The notes beneath the pieces are model-generated. The model saw nothing but the letters and a program-made list of their open reading frames with translations, had not been told where the DNA came from and searched no databases. Shown piece after piece: positions 56,707 to 64,000 of a stretch of DNA of 64,000 nt. Where the stretch lies: the NCBI GenBank assembly GCA_000165345.1, contig CM000435.1:1-64000 (forward strand), read 5' to 3'. Numbering within the stretch: position 1 is the stretch's first letter; each line of letters starts with the position of its first letter. Both the position numbers and the translations under genes were made by a program.

Positions 56707-58965
56707 TTATTTAGGTATTTTAAAAACTACTGGCTTGGATGCCTTTGCATTTTGAATCAAACTTGAGCACTTTGATGTACCGACAATTCTTTCAAGAGCT
56801 AAGGAATTTTGCCAATGAAAGAGAGTAACTGCTAGTGGAGCAGTAGATTTTGGATTACTTTTATCTGGGCCTTGTGAAAAGTTAATGCTTTGAATACAAT
56901 CTAGATAAATACTCGGGTAGATTGGAGGGCCACAGAATATCACCTTTGTTGCACCTTTAAGAAGGTATCTCCTAAAGAATAAAAACCTCTCTGTAGTTAT
57001 TAAAATAGGGAGCTCTCCTTTATAAAATGCAAATCTATTTCTAGAAAGTGAAGCGTTTGATGTTGACTCATTACATGAAGCAAATATTGCGTTTTGTTGA
57101 AGAAGGTATTTTCTAATCCTCAGATATATTACATAATTTGAAAGTACAATTAATACTCTCTCTGTTTTCCCATCTAAAGCTGCCAAAATATCAGGATAAA
57201 GAGTTGAACCAAAGTAATTAAGCAAACACTCTTCTGGCGTCCCTGTGTCACCTGTCTTAATAAACATCTGTTGAATTCCCTCCACTAACTTCGGCGCAAT
57301 ATACAATGGTAAATTCTTCTCCATGTATCCTATTATCTTCTCTAGTGGTTTCCATAATCTTATAAACCCTCTTCTATTTTGTGTATGGTTTCTAAATAAT
57401 GAATTAATATCTTCTATTCTACATGCAGAAATCATAATTGTTTGTCTGAATTCCTTTGAATTCCCATCTAAAAATGCTTGGTATACTCTCCTAATATCGC
57501 AGTTTCCTAGTGATTTTTTAGGAAGTTTGTTCATCACTTTAAATACATCAAGTATATGATCCCAGTTTTGCATAAAAATTATGTCAGCTCCAAAAACTAA
57601 GCAAACTTCGATACTTGAACAGAACGAAATATCTGAGCCTTTTCCTCCTTCACTCATCCCCATCACTCTTCTAATACCTAATGGAGAAGCAATAATAATA
57701 TCAGAGTTATCAAAAGAACTGTATAGGTTCATTCCAGATTTGGTAAGCTGAATGCCAAGCTTAAATTCGTCATCATGGTCTTTACCTTCAAAAAGATATC
57801 TATAAAGCTCATCATTTCTGCCTAATTTACTTTCTAATACATTTGTTTTGCTCTGATTTTCTACGCTTTCAGCCTTTTGATCCTTCTTAATTTTCTCGTT
57901 ACCTTCATTGGTGGCTTCCTCATTCTCCGAAGAATTATCAGGAAGCCCAAATTCTTCTTCAAACCTGTCATATCCTCTTAATACTTTTCCATGGGGTAAA
58001 ATTGTAACTAAAGTATCTACAAGTTTCTTAGCAACTCCTTTGAATGGGCACAAAATTAAAACTCTGCATCTATTGAAACCTTGATCTCTGAATCTATCAT
58101 CTCCTAAATTATCAATATTAGAATTCACCTTATCCTTAATGGCTTCTTGCAATTTCGAGTTATTATTCATTACAAGCTGTCTGGAGTTATATATATGCCT
58201 ACTAATATGTAGCATGCAAAGTGACATTGCCCAAGGAGAAGTAATGGCTTTTAAATTCGAATATTCTACATCAATGTAGCCATTAACAATCCCATAAAAA
58301 GTATTTAACTCATCCAATTCATGAGATTCTAGAATTTCAAAAGATTCTATATGCTTTCCCCAATTTTGCCTAAATTTTGAATCCATTTGAAAATTAGCCA
58401 GATTAAGTTTTCCTTTCTTAAATTTTGGAGTTTCTAATATTAGCTTTTGAATGTCTCTAATCCTATCAGACATTTGGGAACTCTCTAGTTTGAATGGACT
58501 GAAACCAGGAAGATTTACTATCTCCTTCTCAGTTTTCTCTTTAGATTCTGCAGTCACTTTGCAATTAATCTCAGGAATTTGTTGCATTCCTTCATTGGTA
58601 TAGTCAGCAAAATATTCACCATGTTTTTTAGTAAAAGTTATCTCGGTTCCAACATTTCCTTCTAATGCTCCATTATGAGTATCAATCGAATTAGTGACCT
58701 CTTCAGTGCCATTACTTTCAGTTTCCTTTTTCTTTGAAGATTCCTTTAAATTGTTTTGGAAGTCATTTCGAACAAATTGCATCCACTTAGAATATACATC
58801 CGAAGAATTTGAAATCATCCCATTTATTTCTCCATCTAAGTCGCTTAGAGTACTATCAGAATCAAATTTTCTCGTATCAGTCCTTATTTTTTTGGAAGTA
58901 GTACCAATTGGTCTAGAATTGCCATTTTTAGATTTCAGACTCCGACGTTTCGATCTGAGAGTCAT
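56707..58965 (-). CDS. UTP25: U3 snoRNP / SSU-processome protein UTP25 (digestive-organ expansion factor, DUF1253)
   Basis: RDQGFNRCRVLILCPFKGVAKKLV...; ERFLFFRRYLLKGATKVIFCGPPIYPSIY matches conserved Utp25 C-terminal helicase-like fold. Confidence 0.8.
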   Translation of the reverse strand: MTLRSKRRSLKSKNGNSRPIGTTSKKIRTDTRKFDSDSTLSDLDGEINGMISNSSDVYSKWMQFVRNDFQNNLKESSKKKETESNGTEEVTNSIDTHNGALEGNVGTEITFTKKHGEYFADYTNEGMQQIPEINCKVTAESKEKTEKEIVNLPGFSPFKLESSQMSDRIRDIQKLILETPKFKKGKLNLANFQMDSKFRQNWGKHIESFEILESHELDELNTFYGIVNGYIDVEYSNLKAITSPWAMSLCMLHISRHIYNSRQLVMNNNSKLQEAIKDKVNSNIDNLGDDRFRDQGFNRCRVLILCPFKGVAKKLVDTLVTILPHGKVLRGYDRFEEEFGLPDNSSENEEATNEGNEKIKKDQKAESVENQSKTNVLESKLGRNDELYRYLFEGKDHDDEFKLGIQLTKSGMNLYSSFDNSDIIIASPLGIRRVMGMSEGGKGSDISFCSSIEVCLVFGADIIFMQNWDHILDVFKVMNKLPKKSLGNCDIRRVYQAFLDGNSKEFRQTIMISACRIEDINSLFRNHTQNRRGFIRLWKPLEKIIGYMEKNLPLYIAPKLVEGIQQMFIKTGDTGTPEECLLNYFGSTLYPDILAALDGKTERVLIVLSNYVIYLRIRKYLLQQNAIFASCNESTSNASLSRNRFAFYKGELPILITTERFLFFRRYLLKGATKVIFCGPPIYPSIYLDCIQSINFSQGPDKSNPKSTAPLAVTLFHWQNSLALERIVGTSKCSSLIQNAKASKPVVFKIPK

Positions 58966-59147
58966 TGTATGTTGAATTCAAGAAACATATAACGAGGTAA
59001 ACGGCATAGATCAACTCAAATGATTCTAAGTTTTGGGAAATAAGCAAAGATTGGAATAAAATTATAATTGTATTTGGAATCATTCAAAAAATCCCTATGA
59101 CTATTTGGCGCGAGCGGTCAATATTACTTTGATATATTGCGGACAAA

Positions 59148-60099
59148 TTAACTTGTAAGGTAAGTAACAAAAGCTGCAACAGAATAAGAAACAGTGCCTG
59201 GGATAAGTCCACTAACAAGCATTGTAATTGCAGATCTAATTGGAGGCATATTGCAGAACTTTCCTTTGACATATCCCAAAACATAAAGTGTAACAGCACA
59301 GCAAATACATGCCGTAGAGAAAGAAAGTGCCTGGGAAAACTCGTTGAGTAGATCAGAAAGAGAAAATATGTATTTAAATGAAACAAAGGAAAGCATTGGT
59401 ATGAGTCCAAATAGTGCGAAGCTGAAAAACATGAAAGTAGCAGTTTTTAGTGGTGAGGGTTGAGAGGAGTCACCTTGCTCAATTATCAATCCCAATTCTT
59501 CAAACATCATGTTTGATATAAAAAAATCCTTGTATTTAAAAGTTAAATCTACCATTTTCTGTGCATCTTCTTCAGAAAACCCATATTTTAACTGATATAA
59601 ATTGTACATTTCACTTATTTCTTCCTCTGGGCAATTTTCAACTTCCCATTTTTCTCTTTCTTGTTCAGAATGAACGAACTCCTTTTCAGCTTTAGAACTA
59701 ACATACTCTCCAACTGACATAGCAAATGCATCTGCTAGTAGACTACCCATGCAAATTGTAAAAAGCTGAATAGTTGTAAAACCAGCAGCAACGCAGCCAG
59801 AAACAAGTGAAAATATGGTGATGATCCCATCTAGACCACCAAAAACAATGACCTTAAGTAGTTCACTCTGAGTTCCAAGGTGTTCCTCTTTGTGAGGATA
59901 TCTTTTGTGTACTAAACTAAATAAAACATATTTTTGTTTGAAGAATTCATTATTAATTAGCCGTGTTTCCAAACAAATAAAATTATTAAACTTACGCTGA
60001 CCTCTCGATATCACGCTCCCTATAAGCTTCTCTTGCTTCCTCCAATCTTTCACTTCGTTTAAATATGCTATTATAAAATCCTTTAACTATAGTATTCAT
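59148..60099 (-). CDS. VIT1: Vacuolar iron transporter (VIT1/CCC1 family), 2 exons: join(59996..60099, 59148..59916), 79-nt intron
   Basis: VFGGLDGIITIFSLVSGCVAAG...ADAFAMSVGEYVSSKAEKEF (VIT signature); upstream MNTIVKGFYNSIFKRSERLEEAREAYRERDIERS|GTAAGT ... TTATTTAG joins in frame to ...LVHKRYPHKEEHLG. Confidence 0.8.
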
Positions 60100-60926
60100 C
60101 TTTTAGGGAGTACAGACTAACTAATCCTCAATTTTGAGAATAATAAAACCAAAATATATTTTTGATACCAAAAATAATTAAATAAAGATACTTTTTTCTT
60201 TATATTCTCTTTAGTTGACTAAAAGTTGTTTATTTAATTCCTAATTGAAATTAATTGTTTTCTTTAAAATTGGAAAATAAAAATATAATATTTGAGCGCG
60301 CCAAAAATAAACTTTTCTCCAAGTCAAGCATATACAAGAAAGTATAGAATAAAAGAAATTTAAGAAAAAAATTGATTCAAATGAAAACTATTTAAATTGC
60401 CTTACCAAAATTTACCTTAATGCAACAAAATTTTAGTTGGTTTACCTAATAAGAAAAATCCAATTTTTACATATTTTTTCAATTATATTACTAAACGCAG
60501 CGCCTAAATATTACTCGATACCGGCATTGCATGCAAAATACTGTCACTAAATGCCCCACATTTTAAATGTAAATCTTAGAAAAATGTCATCAATTAGCAT
60601 GCAAAAAAAAAAATATTTAAATCTTGGAAAAAAGAGAGGCAAATGCTTGAATTTAATGATTAAATTGATATATTTTGAGAATTCAAGTTAAAGGTTTATT
60701 TTAATTATTACTATTAATATTATTATTACTAATATTACATATTGGAATCCAAGTTTAGTCAAACAAGAAAATCTGCTAAGTTTCTTTCAACTAAAAAATT
60801 ATTACTTAATAAGATAGATTCAATTGGAGAATATAAAAGAAAATAGAAGAAAAGAGAATAAGAATAAATAATCAAAGGTGTGTATCAAGTATAAATAAAT
60901 TATCTCAGAGATACCTAAGACTTGGA

Positions 60927-63900
60927 ATGATGAACAATATATTTGGGGAGCCAAGAAATGAATTTTGGTATAGGATTAACGAACAAGCTGCAATTAGAAG
61001 AAACCATCCAGAAAATGATCTTCTCCAAATTTCAGATTCATACAATACCCCAGGAATTAAAAATAGGTTTGAAGGACTAATTTCAAGCTACTACCAGGAA
61101 AATAATGGTAGTAAAAACCTTTTAATGAATACAGGATACCATAAGAATGTTACAGATAAGAACTCGACTATGGATAAGAAAAATATTGGAAGTACCTCTA
61201 TTATTAGATTTCACTCGCACTTTTTAAATATGATGAAAAAGGGATTAATATGTTTTTCATGTGGTAGTATTCTGAGATCAAACTTTGGAAGCAAAATTAA
61301 CTCCGATATCAACTCAATCCAAACATGTCCCAGTAATTCTGATGTCACAGGATTCACATGCGTTGTTGAAACATGTGGAAGATCAATCTGCAATCCTTGT
61401 CTTCAGTTTTCTAGGGTTCATGATGTATCTCTTTTTAACTCCGAGCTAAGTACCTGCATAATATGTGAATATCAAAATGAGTATAATCAGAGAAACCCAA
61501 TCAACCCGAGAGCTCCAATTGAGTGGCATTGGACATTTCATACTCCAGAGGATTTAACTTTTCTTAGAAAGGTCAGAAGTGGATTGATCAATGGAAATGG
61601 GTTACATATTGAACTTAGTGGAAAACGCCAGGGATGTTGGAGAAGAAGAAAAGATGGAAAAAGAAAACACTTCAGTTTTAAACAACATGGTGGCTTTTTT
61701 GAGAGTCGAGCTGTTGCCCTGGAATTCAAAGCTGTTCAAATAAAGGCAGGAGGCCAAGATTACCAATCAGCTCCACTAATGATTACTGCTATTGGAGAAA
61801 GCTACTCGGAAATTGTGCCTAGAAGAATTCATAGGGGAAACCAGGAACTACATAATCACCAAAGACTCATCCTAAGCAGTATTAATGATGGATCTTGTGC
61901 AATTTGCTTTCAAAAACAAACCAATCTTTGTCAAAATGCAAGTACAAACACCACAATTGAATCTAGATTTTCCAGTTGCGTTGCATGTGGAAGATTTTTC
62001 TGCCACTTATGTATCTTGTATATCCGAAGCAGCAATCCATGTAGTCCAATAGCTGCTCATTTCCTAAGTGAAAAACTTATTTGTGCTTTGTGTCAACACT
62101 TGAGTGTTCAGCCAACTGACAAGTTTGCTCAGTTTATCCACGACTTTTGTTCTCTTTTACCATCAAATACTCCCCTAATCAAATTTGACAAGTATAATAT
62201 GAAATGGAAGACGCCTTATGGTTCTGTCAGTGTTGTAGAATCTGGAGGGATCTTGGAATCCAGAAGAGAGGCCTACTGCCAGCTTGAAACTGGACAAAGC
62301 TTAGAAGTTACATGCTCATATGATAGGAATATATTTTATGGCGAGATTGGGAACAAGCTTGGTTATTATACACAATTCGCAAAAAATGGAATGTTAAGAG
62401 TCTATGGCCCATTTGAGACTTATGATGAAGCTGGAAGAAGGTGGGATTTGGATGCTCTCAAATACTATGGGGCAGAGAAAGCAATGAGAAAGGCATTCTT
62501 TCCAAAACTTTTGACCTGGCTTTCTCTCCCTCAAACTTTACAAAGATACTTCCTTGCTCCTTGGATTGTATGGTCAATGGATAAAGACGAAAGTTGTCAG
62601 AAATCCCAAAAAAAAGTTGGACTTACAAATAATCCTATCACCAAAACATACGATGTTATAATCATTGGAGCTGGAGTTTCTGGTCTCAAATCTGCAGAAG
62701 CCCTACTTAACAAAGGACTCAGTGTTCTTGTGCTAGAAGCTCAAAATATTCCTTTTGGGCGAATTTCCAGTTACAGCCAATGGACAAATCATAAAAGAAG
62801 ACTTTCCAGTGAAATTTGCTTTTATAGAGAAAAAAGAGATACTAGGGAGAGCTCCAGAGAAGCTGATAGGAAAAAGAATAATGACGAAAATGCGGAAGAA
62901 CTGGTTAGCCAACTTTCCGAGGAAACAGTTTCCATAGCAAATGAACTCATCCGGCTTTCTCTCGAGTTACTTGAAGAAGTTGTGATTGACATGTTTCATC
63001 CTCTTTCAACAGTTCTTGAGCCTCCAATCAAAGAATTTATGTGTAAAAGTGGAAATGATTACTTTGAAAGAGTGAATCCAGCTAAATTGGTCCTTCAGAG
63101 AATTAAGGAATTTGGAGAAACTGTCAACTGGAGGTGGATTCTTATTAACTACTGTCTTCCACTTTCCTTGAAAAGGTTAAATATTAAGAATCTCTCCAGT
63201 TTCTCAAAAAAGTACATAGAAAAGGCAACATGTGGTGACTATGGAGAGAATCTATTCAAAAATATCGAACAGTTCTACTGGGAAAGACTTCCAAGATTTG
63301 TAGGATTTGAAGAACTCCCATGGAGGGAGTACTGGTGTTACCCCAAAAACAACCTTGAAAGACTTAAATTCTCTGCAAGCATATTCCATCATATCCAACT
63401 GCAGAAAGAATCTATTATAGAAAGAAGCTTTGATGAGTGTGATCTTATTGACTGTGAACTCCAAAAGTTAATCCAAAACAACGAAATACTTAATAATACT
63501 CATTTTAATAGTCCAGTTTCTGATATACTATACAATAACGAGACAGATCAGGTTAACGTTAGAATTAGTAATGGAACATGGTTCAGTTCTTCATGCGTTA
63601 TTTGTACTCTTCCTATTGGAGTTTTAAAAAAGAGTGTCCAGTCATCTGAGAATAATCCCGGGAATTCTAATAAAGTACAAGGAGCTCAATGCCAACTTTC
63701 TAATATATCTTCATTTAAGAACTCCATCAAATTTATCCCACCATTGCCTTATGAAACTATTAGGTCCATTAAGCTATTGGAAATGAACAGCTACACTGAG
63801 TTATTTTTAAAACTTAATATTAATCCAATTCTTTCTAACTCAGGGTCTACTCCAAGTACAAATTGCAACGCAATCTCTAGTTCTCCATCATCTATCATCA

Positions 63901-64000
63901 CAACCTCAAACTCCGTCAAATGCGAAAAGGAGTCGGATATATACTTTTCGAGACTTGCAGATAAAATACACCATCTAGACCATCCATGCATAACTATGTA
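60927..64000 (+). CDS. Flavin-dependent amine oxidase (LSD/KDM1-like histone demethylase or polyamine oxidase) with N-terminal Cys-rich zinc fingers; 5'-complete, 3' end beyond window
   Basis: Open frame from ATG 60927 to window end (>1020 codons, no stop; absent from ORF track because it has no stop in the window); DVIIIGAGVSGLKSAEALLNKGLSVLVLEA (FAD Rossmann GxGxxG); VICTLPIGVLKK...IKFIPPLPYETIRSIKLLEMNSYTELFLKL parallels LSD1 VLCTLPLGVLK...VQFVPPLPEWK...; two C-x2-C/C-x2-C/H clusters N-terminally. Confidence 0.75.
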   Translation, partial: MMNNIFGEPRNEFWYRINEQAAIRRNHPENDLLQISDSYNTPGIKNRFEGLISSYYQENNGSKNLLMNTGYHKNVTDKNSTMDKKNIGSTSIIRFHSHFLNMMKKGLICFSCGSILRSNFGSKINSDINSIQTCPSNSDVTGFTCVVETCGRSICNPCLQFSRVHDVSLFNSELSTCIICEYQNEYNQRNPINPRAPIEWHWTFHTPEDLTFLRKVRSGLINGNGLHIELSGKRQGCWRRRKDGKRKHFSFKQHGGFFESRAVALEFKAVQIKAGGQDYQSAPLMITAIGESYSEIVPRRIHRGNQELHNHQRLILSSINDGSCAICFQKQTNLCQNASTNTTIESRFSSCVACGRFFCHLCILYIRSSNPCSPIAAHFLSEKLICALCQHLSVQPTDKFAQFIHDFCSLLPSNTPLIKFDKYNMKWKTPYGSVSVVESGGILESRREAYCQLETGQSLEVTCSYDRNIFYGEIGNKLGYYTQFAKNGMLRVYGPFETYDEAGRRWDLDALKYYGAEKAMRKAFFPKLLTWLSLPQTLQRYFLAPWIVWSMDKDESCQKSQKKVGLTNNPITKTYDVIIIGAGVSGLKSAEALLNKGLSVLVLEAQNIPFGRISSYSQWTNHKRRLSSEICFYREKRDTRESSREADRKKNNDENAEELVSQLSEETVSIANELIRLSLELLEEVVIDMFHPLSTVLEPPIKEFMCKSGNDYFERVNPAKLVLQRIKEFGETVNWRWILINYCLPLSLKRLNIKNLSSFSKKYIEKATCGDYGENLFKNIEQFYWERLPRFVGFEELPWREYWCYPKNNLERLKFSASIFHHIQLQKESIIERSFDECDLIDCELQKLIQNNEILNNTHFNSPVSDILYNNETDQVNVRISNGTWFSSSCVICTLPIGVLKKSVQSSENNPGNSNKVQGAQCQLSNISSFKNSIKFIPPLPYETIRSIKLLEMNSYTELFLKLNINPILSNSGSTPSTNCNAISSSPSSIITTSNSVKCEKESDIYFSRLADKIHHLDHPCITM

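Overview
This window reads as an apicomplexan nuclear chromosome segment, most likely Cryptosporidium, because the 18S rRNA on the minus strand carries the C. parvum-type AT-rich hypervariable block (rc of 2601-2690).

The first ~4.3 kb is one rDNA unit transcribed on the minus strand toward the window start. It comprises the 28S 5' end, ITS2, 5.8S, ITS1, 18S and the 5'ETS. A 3.5-kb AT-rich spacer follows, containing 110-bp tandem repeats and a G-depleted polypyrimidine tract. No (TTTAGG)n telomere repeat is visible.

From 6.8 kb to the window end there are about 30 tightly packed protein-coding genes. Stop-to-stop gaps on convergent genes are as small as 5-22 bp, and introns are short (45-91 nt), mostly with GTAAGT donors.

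The genes I can name with reasonable support are:
- a CDPK, a HAT1-type acetyltransferase, a multi-pass RING E3 ligase, GPN2, an SLC26/SulP transporter, and an RNF125-like RING/zinc-finger protein;
- a sortilin/VPS10 receptor, the PKA regulatory subunit, RPS14, a GCNA-like SprT-ZnF-HMG protease, TRM8/METTL1, and a 9-exon WD40 gene;
- a dynamitin-like coiled-coil gene, a putatively secreted OTU-type cysteine protease, a nucleoplasmin-FKBP, Ran, an exosome RNase-PH subunit, UTP25, and VIT1;
- an edge-truncated LSD/KDM1-like amine oxidase with N-terminal zinc fingers, which is absent from the ORF track because it has no stop in the window.

Several conserved termini are only recovered by splicing that the ORF track cannot see:
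- a 20-nt first exon of PKA-R encoding MGFICPC, a dual-acylation motif;
- a 66-nt first exon of TRM8;
- a 51-nt first exon of RPS14;
- C-terminal exons of GPN2 and the RING E3.

The most notable single item is a 7-exon gene at 41781-42794 on the minus strand, sitting in a 1.7-kb apparent gap. Every exon is under 41 codons. It is predicted to encode a signal-peptide/C-terminal-TM protein.

Recurrent promoter motifs are E2F-like TTTGGCGCCAAA boxes, AP2-type TGCATGCA boxes, and an ACCGGT-centred palindrome family.

I have a recollection that the C. parvum PKA-R locus is cgd7_120, which would place this window near the left end of chromosome 7. That is memory, not something the sequence shows.
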